Positions 10,622 to 22,600 of a stretch of 64,000 bases of DNA are shown here, piece by piece; positions within the stretch are counted from its first letter, which is position 1, and each line of letters starts with the position of its first letter. Under the pieces are notes generated by a model, which saw nothing but the letters and a program-made list of their open reading frames with translations, was not told the origin of the DNA and did not search any database. Made by a program: the position numbers and the translations under genes. The stretch is from Selaginella moellendorffii (taxonomy: Eukaryota; Plantae; Lycopodiophyta): the NCBI RefSeq assembly GCF_000143415.4, contig NW_003314274.1, positions 716,104 through 780,103 on the forward strand. The letters are read 5' to 3'.

Positions 10622-11410
10622 TCATCGTCTTCTAAACGGCCAAGGAAAAACTCTGGAAGAACCTCTTGAAGACGACGACGATGGCGATGGCGCCGCCGAG
10701 GGGACCGGATTCCTCCCAACGTCATACCGGCAAACCGGGCACGTCCCATGGAGAGCCAGCCAGGGAAGTATACAGTCCTGGTGATAGACGTGCTTGCAAG
10801 GCATCTGTCTAACTTTGTTTCCCACAGCGTAGTCATCCTTGCAAACCGCGCAGCTCGAGAACTCGTCGTTGCGAAGATGATCTTTGGAGATCGTGATGGT
10901 CGGCATCGAGTCGATCTGCTGCCTGCTTGCCGGAGGAGCTCCGCCGCCGCCAGCGTCGAGCTCCATGAGCTGCTGTATCAGCCGCTCGAGTCCCATGCCG
11001 TCGGGTCCAAACCCAGGGGAAGGATCGCCGCCGTGGAAGTACCACCGTGGAGGCATATCCCCCCCGCGGAAGACCACCATGCCGCCGCCACCGCCACCGC
11101 CACCGCCGCCGCCGCCGCCGCCCCCGCGAGATGGGAAGAATGGCGAGTCGTCTATCTCGAGATCTTCCACCATGAAGTGCTGGAAGGGGTGGAAGGGGCG
11201 CGGCCGCGGCGAGTTCCTCCTCATGGCCGATGCTACTGCGTCAAAGATATCGAGGAGGTGTGGAGGATTTGACTCTGGAGACCATCTTGGAGCTGGAGCT
11301 TGCTCGAGGAAGCCGTCACCGCAGCAGGGGCAAGCTAGAGCAGTGCTCGGGGACTGTACGAAGACGATGTGCTCGCATTTGTGACACCAGAAGGAGCGAG
11401 ATTCTTCCAT
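10622..11410 (-). CDS. RING-H2 E3 ubiquitin ligase, RING1/RNF126-like (N-terminal zinc ribbon)
   Basis: FWCHKC...CPCCGDGFLE zinc ribbon, poly-Gly, GAPPAS, and RING-H2 CAVCKD...MPCKHVYHQDCILPWLALHGTCPVCR. Confidence 0.95.
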   Translation of the reverse strand: MEESRSFWCHKCEHIVFVQSPSTALACPCCGDGFLEQAPAPRWSPESNPPHLLDIFDAVASAMRRNSPRPRPFHPFQHFMVEDLEIDDSPFFPSRGGGGGGGGGGGGGGGMVVFRGGDMPPRWYFHGGDPSPGFGPDGMGLERLIQQLMELDAGGGGAPPASRQQIDSMPTITISKDHLRNDEFSSCAVCKDDYAVGNKVRQMPCKHVYHQDCILPWLALHGTCPVCRYDVGRNPVPSAAPSPSSSSSRGSSRVFPWPFRRR

Positions 11411-12047
11411 GGAAGCTTGCTTTCTAGCAGGACTTTGGCTGCTCTTGTGAGAATTCTTCTAGTACCTGAATGTAAGAGAGAATTTGGAGCAGCAACTTGG
11501 AGTAAATAATCCAGCACTGGATCGAAACGTTGTTACCTGAGAAATAGGAGATACCCTCGGCGTGTCGGTTTGAGCATAGCTCTACCCGTGGGGGACGCGT
11601 ATGGCGTGTCTGCCTAGAAGGCACTCGTCAAACAAAGAAAAAGTTATAATAAGAACGACCCACCAAAAGGAAGGAGAAAATTATCAAAAACGAGAGAGGA
11701 CGAATGCGCACCTCGAAGGTCCTGTAGCGAGGGAGACGAAAGAAGAAAAAGATAAAAGCTCGCCTAGCATCGCCATTGTCGGTCCCATTGATGAGTCAGA
11801 GCTGGCGTAATCGGATTAGCAAAATCAATCCTAGCTACAAGAGAGGAGAAAAATCAAGGAAAAATCAAGAACTTATCCATACGTACAATGTTGTACACGA
11901 AAACACTGACCAAAACAGTGATCAATCTCTGCAACTTTTAAGTGCCCGTGAGATCCAGAAGGAAAAAAAAAAACTCTCCTCTCAAAACTTGAGAGAGCTT
12001 ACTTCTGGGAAGAGACTCCGGTGTTTTTGAGAAGCTCCCATCCAGCG

Positions 12048-13282
12048 TCAGGGAAGATCTTCCGGCAGTGGCACCATCTGGGCTCCGTATACCTCCATGG
12101 TCGATGGATTCTGGAGGAAAACCACTGCTCCACACTTGGTCCGGTTGAAAGTGTCCCAGAGCGGAAGCTTGAAGTGTTCCCGGACAGTCTTCCGGGCGGG
12201 CCAGTCGTGTAGAGTCGCTGCTTTGGCAATGCTTCTCACCACGAAGTCGTTTGTGAGGATCCGGCCCTTGTTCTCGCCCTTTTGGCAGTTGGTCACCAGG
12301 CCATTCTCGTAGAGCGCCACCATTATGTCTAGCGTGAACTTGTCAACCTTGAACTTGATGATGGCTTCCATTGTCGTGTCTAAGACGCGCTCTGGCTCGG
12401 TTTCGAGCTTGAAGGAGATCTGCAAGAGGAAGTTCTTGAAACTATAAGCGAGAAAAAACTAAAACTTGCTGGAAGTTTGAATCATGCGGGAGAAATTCTC
12501 GGATCTAGACGACAAGAATCTGTTTGGTTCAACCAAAGACAGGACCAGCGGGAGAAATTCCTGGCAATGAAAGTCACATCCTCACAGACCTTCACAGAAC
12601 ACGACGAAGTCACAAGAAAACACGCAATGAAAACCAGGAGAGAAAGCAGCAAATTCTCGTGGATCGAGCAAGATCACATGGACGACAAACACGAAAAGCA
12701 CGAAAAGGACCAAAAAACAAGACGAGGAAGAGAGAAACTTACAGTGATGTCTGGCGCAGCAAATCTGGGAGCTTGATGGATGAGCGCTAGAATGGGCTCC
12801 AAGCTGGAAGCAATGCAGTGGGATCGCCCTTGGACAACCACCTCTGGAGTGTAAATGCTGTCCTGCTGGAGAGCCTGCCCATAATTCCTCTGCCGTAGCG
12901 TCCAAGTGCTGTTAGCGAATGGATCCTTCCATCCCATGAAGTCCCAGTACTCGACGTGAAAGCCAAGGACAACGATGGGCACCTCCAGCGCCACATCCGA
13001 GGATTTGGCTTGCCCAAGCTGCGAGATCAAGAGATCTGCCGGAGGACACGAACTACAGCCCTGGGATGTGAAGAGTTCCACCAGCACGGCGCTCTGGGAG
13101 GATCCTCCCCCTACCTTGGGGCCACGCGGCGCAGAGGATTTCTTGCTCTCCGGATCCAGCTGCTGCGGCTCCTCCTCATCAAGCTCCTCGATTTCCTTGG
13201 CGTCGGGATTGCTGTCTACCTTTGGGGATCTGTCGCAGGAAGCTCCGGCCCTAGAGAAGCAAGCGATGCAGCGGCGAAGCAT
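12048..13282 (-). CDS. DUF1223 thioredoxin-like protein; 2 exons (13282-12743, 12419-12048)
   Basis: VLVELFTSQGCSSCPPAD, FHVEYWDFMGWKDPF, IYTPEVVVQG and GENKGRILTNDFVVR are DUF1223 signatures. GT..AG intron 12742-12420. Confidence 0.9.
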
Positions 13283-16200
13283 GATCTAGATCTTGCGCTC
13301 CACGGCGGCGGAGCTGAGCACGGGGAAATTCCACACAGATCGATTGGAGATTGCCGCATTCCAGTGGTGGAGAATCCCTCGCTGCCCCCCAGAATATATT
13401 TTAGGGTTCTTGGCGCGCGAGGATTTTGGTGTCGAGAGGGGAGAAATTGAAGGAACCGCACCATGACGTGTGTCATGAACGTCACACCCGTCAAATTTTA
13501 AGAGCATATTTTAAAATATTCTTAATTAAAGCAACGAAAAGAAAAAGTCCATGACCTCGTCACACGAATCCCCTCCTCTGTCCTGGCAAAGGAACTCCCA
13601 AGCAAATTCGCGAGCAATTCCATGGATCAGATTTGTCTATTTCATTCATTCGATCCCTTCCTGCTAGGCGATGGATTGAGCCCTAATCTCGTGGTCCGAT
13701 CAAAGCTCTTTGCCAGCAGGTAGATTAATCGAACACACAGCTCTAGATTACAACTTGAGGAGTAAACTAGTCGAAAAATGTCAACAATTTCAAACCAAAA
13801 TTATAAACCATTTAGATGCATTCCCCCTCTTTTTTGAATGAAATATCACCTTCATACTAAAGCTACCATCCTGTAAATCCCATGTAATTCTAATTCTTTC
13901 ACCGTGGCTTTCTTCTTGCAACTTTTGTCCAAGTTTCTGTCGAGCCTTGTGAACCCCTCTAAGACAAGCAGTGCCATGTAGTTGAAACTGTTTTGTGAAT
14001 TGCTTTTGTCAACAAATTAGCAATAGCCCAACCAATTCTGAATGAAGTAAGGATTGTTGATGGATTTTCTCAATCAAACACAAAAGATTTACTGATTTGA
14101 ATAATTCTACTATACATTGTGAATGCTAAATAAAACTCCTTTGGCATTACAGAGACTCTAGTATTTCAATGCAATTTATTTATAGGATATAAGCTTTTAT
14201 TTAATTTATTTTTGTGCATAATAATAAAAGAGGAGGAAATAAAAAATTAACTTAGAATATTTAATTAGTTTACAATAAAATATTAGTACTATCTACAAGT
14301 ATAAAATAAAATTTAAATCAACCACTTAGACTGATGCTTTTTAAAATAAAATAAAGCTAATAAACATACTATATTTCTCATACTTAAGGTTTTCATATCA
14401 GATGAATTAATTATTTTTAAGTTTTTAATTATAGTAAAAGTTATTCAGTTTGTCTTCTATATACTAAATAGAGTACTAGATATTTTACCATGACAATATA
14501 AATTATATTATTTGTGAAGAGTGGAATGTCATCTCCAAGTTTTTATACTAACATAAAGTTTTACCAAACCATCTTTTACTCTATTTTATATATGCAAGCC
14601 TTTTATATTAGTTTTTTTTGTCAGTTATTTTTTTTTCCTGTGAATACTATGAAACTAGAAAATGGGCAATGTTTGATAAGAAAGCCCTTACTAACTATTT
14701 TATCCACATTTATCCCCAACATTAAATGGATCTATAATGATAGTATGTCAAAATTTTATCTCATTATTACATACACTACATTTGTGAAAATAGCCACAAA
14801 TCATAGTTAGAAGGAATTACAAAACAAGTGGTAGTCACAATAATAAAATTCACAAAATAAACATTTTATAACCACTCTGTTAATCCAATCGATATCACTT
14901 CACTTTAATATCCACTCTTGCAACCATTATATACACTACTCCACCTCCTATACTTCAGTTTCATAAGCATAGGATAGGCATTAATTATGTAACTGTAAAA
15001 CATTGGCTATATCTACCATCATCACTATTACTATTTAACATGTCAATCCATCAACAAGATTTAGGGTTTTAGTATTTAGCTAGGGTTTACAATTAGTGAG
15101 ACTCCACATAAAAAATTACTACGAGATAAGAATATATAAAGCCATATATAAAAATGTGATTGCATGGCCGAATTGTAGCGCACGTGGTTTTGACCCTTTA
15201 TCCTATGGTGATTTACCATAGGATAACACCACGAAGCGGAACCTAAACCCTCTTTGTGCCACGTGACAGATGCCACGTGTCACATGCCACGTGTCCATGC
15301 CATGTGTCCATAGGAACCCGAGGTTCAGGGTCTCGGGCCACTGAACGAAGGAACGGTGCCAAACTCCCAAGCGTGACGCCAAGGAGTGATGGAACCGGAC
15401 CACGGAGCAACTACCGAGCATATAGCCCAAGGAGCGAAGGGACAGGAGCCCGGAGCGACTTGGAACAGTCCTGGAGCAACCAGCATACCAATGCCAGGAC
15501 CAGCACGCAAAACGGAGCCAAACGGAGTCTGGTGCTATTTCGGCATACCGGTGGCCTAACGTGAGGATATGGGTACTCCACCAGCTAGCATGGAATGGAA
15601 CTTGGGCTTAGACCCAAGCCGGACGCAGAACAAGGACAGGCACGCAAGCGGGAGCTAGACTATGCCTCAGGTTGGTCGGCCATGCCCGACCTACCCACTA
15701 TCCCTACTATACATTTGGAACCCCCCATAGCCCCCCCCCCCTTGAGGAACACACGCTTTGGGCTTTCACCCCAAGCCTCCCTTAGTATCAGGAGTTAGTC
15801 TCTAGGACAAGTTCGAAACTTACTAAATATGGAATGTCCTTAGATTGCGAAATTGGACACGGGACGAACACCGTTGTGTTCAGGCCGATCTCTACATTCC
15901 GTAGATGTGCCAAATGAGCAAATCTGGACACTTTCCATAAATAGCATTTGGGATTAAAATGAGACTAACACAAAGGGCATGATAGCGAGGGTGTTTGGTA
16001 GACACGGTAAGCTATCATGTAGCGATATTGAGGGACCAATCTCAATACGCGAGGGTTCTTGTCAAGCCAGTGCAAGATAGAGCAAAAGAGAACTAACAAG
16101 CCGGGCCGAGTATGCTCAGCTAAATAGACACTTAGGAATTCCTTCCTTATGCTCATCCGGCCAAGTACAGATGCAAAGTCCAGTTTACTAACACTTGAAC

Positions 16201-19200
16201 AAGAGGGACTAATAAAGGGTCCAGCAATACCGACCTCCTGCCATCGTGGCAGTAAGGTAAGAGTGTCCGTAAGGACTGGCCGACAGGTAACTTTCGATAC
16301 CTGAAGTCACATTCACGACACTCTCCCCCCCTTGGGAAGATCGACGTCCTCGTCGATGCATACTCCAGTCTAGAATACCGCCAAGGAAACAACTCTCGAA
16401 AAAGTTCACGGTACTCACACTATATGAGAAATGCACCAACTTAAATGAGTTAGGGAGCAACCTCTTTGTCTAACGCGGATGCGCTACCAGCTCAGACACC
16501 TTTTGGCCGTCACCGACAAGGAAATGACCAACGGAGTCAGCCACCCTTGCTGCTCTGGGTGTCACCCAGCTACAAAAGTGTGATATGCCCTGCCCGCAGG
16601 AACATAGAGAAAGAAGCCAGAGGCCCCAACCCTCCTGAGCAAAGAAACCAAACCCGTCGGTAAGGTTTAGATAGACTACTGTCAACAGGCAGTGTAGAGT
16701 TGTTTACACGGTCACGCCCTTTCACAGAATAAGGAACATCGACAGAGAGGCGGGTTATGTGACCAGTCGACAGTAGCTACCCCATGACTAGAGATTTCAA
16801 CATGCACACGAAGTGCCAAAGCCAGTCTGCCTATACTGGCCCAAACTCAAATATCAGTATATAGGGACTATACCAAAGTCATAAACAATGATATCTAAGA
16901 AGCTTAATTACTAGTGATTATATCTTAGAGTAGAACACAAAAGTATTCCACATAAGTTATCATCCGATAAACTAGTATTTATAGTGTAGGAACCACCAAG
17001 ATCATCAGTTCAGGAAACATAGGATTAACCATCCAACAAAATTCAATAGCAAGTAGATCATCAAGGAAACGCAATGATGAAACTTAACTATCGAAAATGG
17101 CAGATAGTATGCCAAACAACTCACAAAACACAACTCAAAGAACACAAAGTATTATTGAGTAACAAGCACAATGCTCGCGAATGTTTCACCCGAAGGCTAT
17201 AACATCCGAATCTATGAGAACTAACTCGAGCAATAATCAACAGATCAAAATGAATGTTGCAAAGCAAATAAACACTTGTTCATATCAACTATTGCACTAG
17301 CAAATCTGAATAGATCTCAATCAACAATACCAAGGAACTAGAGTTGCTCAAGCAAGTGTTAGCAACATCCTACTGATGTCTCAAATCCAAGAGACCAATC
17401 CAGAGCAAACCACAAAGAACATGTGGTATTGCAAAAAGCCATAAGCCATCAAAGAAAACAACTAACCATCATGAAAGATCATCAATCATCCCATCAATAA
17501 AGAAATGCATAATTGTCATTGAAGAAAGAATCCACCATCCTGAAGAATGGCAAATCATTCTAGATCAACGATAAGCAAGCAAAACCTTCGACAAGGATAA
17601 TCAACTTTCCTAGATGATAGTCAATCATCACCAATGATTGCTAGATGCAAAAGCCAACTTCAACATCGAAGTTAATGATCCAAAATGCCTTCCCCAACAA
17701 CTTCTAACAAATGGAACAATGAGCATAAAACTCAAGAACCAAAGCTCGAAGAAGCCTATAGCCAAGTCTTGCCTAATAATGATCACAAGTCTCATAAAAG
17801 CTAGCTTCAATGTGAAAGAAGAAATCGTGATGCAACTCACAATATCTTCCTCAACACATCCATAAGCCAAACTTCATAATGCCAAAGCTAATGAAAAGCA
17901 TATTTGCATCAATCCAAAAGCTAAGTATAACGAAGCTATGCTCAACAAGTGATTATCAAACGATCCTCCATGAATCCATCTACAGCAAGACGTAACTCAC
18001 TTCATAACAAGCACAAGAAAAATCATTAATGATTGATATATCTCAATTGAAATCCAAGAAGGATTCAATCACTTCAATGCCAATCACTAACTCCTCCTCT
18101 CATAGAGGTAACATTATCCACGACTAAATCACTTTTCAAGGAAAAGCTAAAGCTCAACCTCAACTAAGCAATCTCGTCTAGAACACAACTAACCCAAACT
18201 TGCCACTCAGTTCATTTGAACATCAATACAGTTGCTAACTAGCAATTGCACGAATGCCAACAACACAAAGCTACAGCTAAATCATCAACACTATCTTCAT
18301 CAAGACTAACAAAACTCAACATCACTCTTGCAGAGAGACATCTCATTTCACTGAAATCTTAATATCAACAATATCAATGACAAGGCATCACTTCAATGGC
18401 ATCAACACCAGGACAAAGCTAGAAGAAAGCAAGAGTGAATCACCACTCGGAGCTTTCCAGCAACCAAGCTAACCAAAGTCGAAGATACTATAGTCAGTAT
18501 CCAAGACCAATCCTCTAGCAAAACTCAGTGACAGATAACACATCATCAAGGAGTGAATCACCACATCTAAGACTCAATGAAATCCAACACTATAGACCAA
18601 ACGTAACCAAATGATATCGACAAAGGAATTGACATGCCAACATGGAAAAACCATGTCAGCCTAATGACACGATCCTCCGCAACACCATCCGGTAAAGCAA
18701 GCCCATCACTACTAAATCATCATCGAGTAAAGCAAGTGTCAACGTCCTTGATGAAGTTTACAAGTAATCACTAGTCGCAAAGCAACTAACAATCACTCCT
18801 CAACTTGCGTTCACAAGACTCAAACACCAACTCTTGTCATCAAGTTATATACTTGCCCAATATGAACGTGAAACCCTAGGTACGAGATAAAAGTTCATAG
18901 ACAAGCACAAACTAAATGACCACTCAAATCCAACTCAACCATAATAAGCTCACCAACACGTCTAGTCAATAGCTCTGAGCATGCCTTGAAGAGGCTAGCT
19001 ATGCATGATCAACACTCAGTCGAAACTAAAGTGAAGACCATGAGATGGACTCATATCGGTACACAACCTCCTCATAGACAAAGCTATAGTACGGGTACTA
19101 ACATCTCAACCTCAAACAACTAAGTTGGACATCACCATCCTCAGCCAAGGCGCAGGGCCACCAAGACCAAGTCAAGATCAGTGAGAGCTCACTACTCTCA

Positions 19201-19687
19201 TAGAATCTAACGTAATGCAAGGTGCAACCTGCCACCGAGCATAATGCTACAAAAGAAAGGCACAAGAGTAACCCTTCTTAGAAAAGTGTTGTCAAGACCC
19301 CCAACAAGATCAAGACTGGAAAATGCTAAAGACAAAGAGAAAAAGCTAGTGAAAACAAAGAAGAAGCCTTAGACTGGTGTTGATTCAGATTGTGGAGAAA
19401 TGGAACAAGGCTAACCTATATATACTATAGGTTGATGAAGCTCCACCACTCTTGGATCGAGGACAGCCTAAATACAGCTGAGGTCGAGGAGGCGCCACAT
19501 CATCATCAGGAATGTGGCTCGAGACTCAGGAATCGGGAAGTGTCTCGAGAGTCAGGAATAGGGAAGTGTCTCGAGAGTCAGGAATAGAGAAGTGTCTCGA
19601 GAGTCAGGAATGTGGTCTGCAGGTCAGGAATCCGGCGAGAGTCAGGAATGTGGCAAGAATTGGGGGATTCCTGACAGCACCCCCTCC

Positions 19688-22600
19688 TCAAGAACGAGTG
19701 GAACGAGGATGTGAACGAGAACGAAGAGGAGGATGAGATGAGCGGCGAGGGATGGGAGATGGAGAAAAAGAATGAGGACTGGGACGAGAAGGATAGCGGC
19801 GGTGGAAGTCCTGAACAAGGTCAGGAGAATGAATCAGGTTGTCCGCAGGTTCCCAAGTGCGTTCCTCAGGTCCGTAACCCTTCCAGTCCACCAGATAGTA
19901 GAGTTTAGATCGTGAAATCTTGGAATCAAGGATGTCCTGAACCTCGTACTCAGACCCATCCTCGAGCTGCACTGGTGGAGGCGGAGGAATGACCCGATTT
20001 GGAATAGGACTGGGAATATAAGGCTCAAGGAGAGAGGAGTGAAAAACGGGGTGAATTTGATATGAGGAGGGAAGTGCAAGGCGATAAGTGACAGGATTAA
20101 TGATGGCAGTGATAGGGAAAGGACCAAGGCGTTTGAAATCGAGTTTTGGACAGGGCCTGGTGGTGGAGATATTTCGCCTGAGGAGCCAGACTTTATCCCC
20201 GATATTGTAAGGGGGACAATCCTGACGATGGACATTGGCAAATGTTTTATGAGATTCCTGAGCACGATGGAGGTGGAAGGAGATGGAGTTGTGGATTTCC
20301 TGAAGGTTGGAGAGAAATGATTCAGAGCGGGGATTTGAACGAGAGGATTCAGATGGAGAAGGAAGTGAGAGATTGAATCGGGGATTTCGGCCAGAGTTCG
20401 CAAAGAAGGGGGAAACTCGAAGAGAGGAGTGAACAGAGTTGTTATAGGAGAACTCAGCAAGGGGAAGGATATCGAACCAGTTATCCTGATGATAGTTGAT
20501 GAAGCACCTCAAGAATTGTTCCAATGTCTGAATCGTTCGCTCGGACTGCCCATCAGTTTGAGGATGATATGCCGAAGAGAGGTTGGCCTTCACTCCAAGC
20601 AACTGCAAAAACCGTTGCCAGAAATGAGAGATGAACTGAGGCCCCCGATCCGAAACCACATCTGTAGGAATCCCATGAAGTCGGAAAATTTCCCTGAATA
20701 CCAGTTTTGCCATGTCCTCGCCCGAAAACTCCTTGGTACATGGCAAGAAGTGCGCCATCTTTGTGAAGCGATCCACCACGACTAAAATGCTGTTGAAGCC
20801 TCCAGAACTCGGAAGATCACTCAAGAAATCCATGGAGATGGATTCCCAAGGACCTGAAGGGACCGGAAGGGAACGAAGCAAACCTGAAGGAAGGTGGCGA
20901 GGTACCTTATGCCGGGCACAAGTGTCACAGGAGGTAACAAAAGCTTTGATGTAGTCGTCCATGTGAGGCCACCAAAAGTCCCGTGCAACTAGCTCATAGG
21001 TTTTCGCAATGCCGAAGTGACCAGCAGTCGGGCTATCGTGGCACGCCATCAGGATCAACCTTCGAGCATCACCTTCAGGAACGTAAAGCTGCTCCCCACG
21101 GTACAATAAGCCATCTAAGAACTCGAACTCGTCAAATCGCCGGCAGTCGGGAGTCACTGGGTGTCCAGCCTGAAGATGGGGAAAAATGTCGCTAGCGAGA
21201 TCATCGGATTGAAGATCGTTTCTGATTGCATCCATCAAGGAGGAGTCCTGAGGGGCCAGGGAAATTGCCATAACTTGAAGCCGATCAGGACCGAGGATAA
21301 CTTGATCCTGTTGATCGAAGGCAGGATTACCAGGCCTGAGACTGAGATAGGAGCGCCTTGAAAGAGCATCAGGAAGGCCTTGAAACTTTCCAGGTCTGTA
21401 CTTGATAACAAAGTCAAACCGACTCAGGAATTGTGCCCACCTTGCTTGACGACGGCTTAAAACTCGGGAAGTGGCAAAGTACTCGAGATTTTTGTGATCC
21501 GTCCAGACTGTTGTTTGATGGCTCGCCCCCTCCAAGAAACGGCGCCACTCTCCAAAGGAATCCACGATGGCAAGAAGCTCCTTGTCGTGGATTTCGTAAT
21601 TGATCTCCGCAGGCTGGAATTTCCGAGAATGGAAAGCGACCGGATGAAGTTCGTGATCCGCTCCGAGTTGAGATAGCACAGCACCAATGGCAAAGTCGGA
21701 GGCGTCAGCCTCGATGAAGAAAGGTTGTGAGGAATCAGCATGGATCAAGACAGGAGCAGAACTGAAGGCCGCCTTGAGTGTGTCGAAAGCCTGCTGGGCA
21801 GCAGCAGACCAAGAGAAGGGAACATCCTTGCGAGTGAGATGTGTGAGAGGAAGGACAATGTCAGAGTAGTGATCAATGAATTTGCGGTAGAAGTTGGCGA
21901 AGCCAAGGAAAACCTGAACGTCTGACATTGATTGTGGAGGCTCCCATTCGAGAATAGTCTTGACTTTTGCAGGATCCATCGTGATACCCTCAGGAGTGAC
22001 AATGTACCCAAGGAACTCCACAGACTGCTGATCAAAGGAACATTTCTCAAGCTTCGCGTATAGGCCGTGTTCTCGCAGCTTCGCTAGCACCTTGCAAACA
22101 TGTTCGTCATGCTCCTCCTGAGTTTTTGAGTAGATGAGGATGTCATCGAGGTAGACGATCACCATCTGATCAAGAAACTCCCGAAAAACGTCGTTCGCCA
22201 TGTGTTGGAAAACCGCTGGAGCATTTGTCAAGCCAAATGGCATGACAGTGTACTCGAAGTGGCCATAGCGTGTTCGGAACGCAGTCTTCCATTCATCACC
22301 AGGCCGGATCCAGATCAGGTTGTATGCTCCACGGAGGTCAATCTTGGTGAAGAAGCGGGCACCGCCGAGGCGTTCCAACAGGTCCGAGATCAGGGGCAGT
22401 GGATAACGGTTCCGAACAGTCACCTTGTTCAAACCTTGGTAGTCGATGACTAGCCGCAAGCTCCCATCCTTCTTCTTGACAAAGAAGACAGGCGCTCCAG
22501 CCGGGGACTGCGAATGCTGAATGTAGCCCGAGGCAAGGTTCTCATCCACGTACTCTTTGAGGGCCTTAAGCTCGGACGGGGATAACCCGTAGATAGGCCC

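Noticed and set aside
4621-11410. Apparent ubiquitin-pathway gene cluster (two F-box, RING, APC/C-like)
   Set aside because: F-box and RING genes are very numerous in plants, so co-occurrence in a compact genome is unremarkable.
19495-19515. CTGATGA on the minus strand of the chromovirus LTR (hammerhead/retrozyme core?)
   Set aside because: No stem II + GAAA follows, and the motif is absent in the other LTR.
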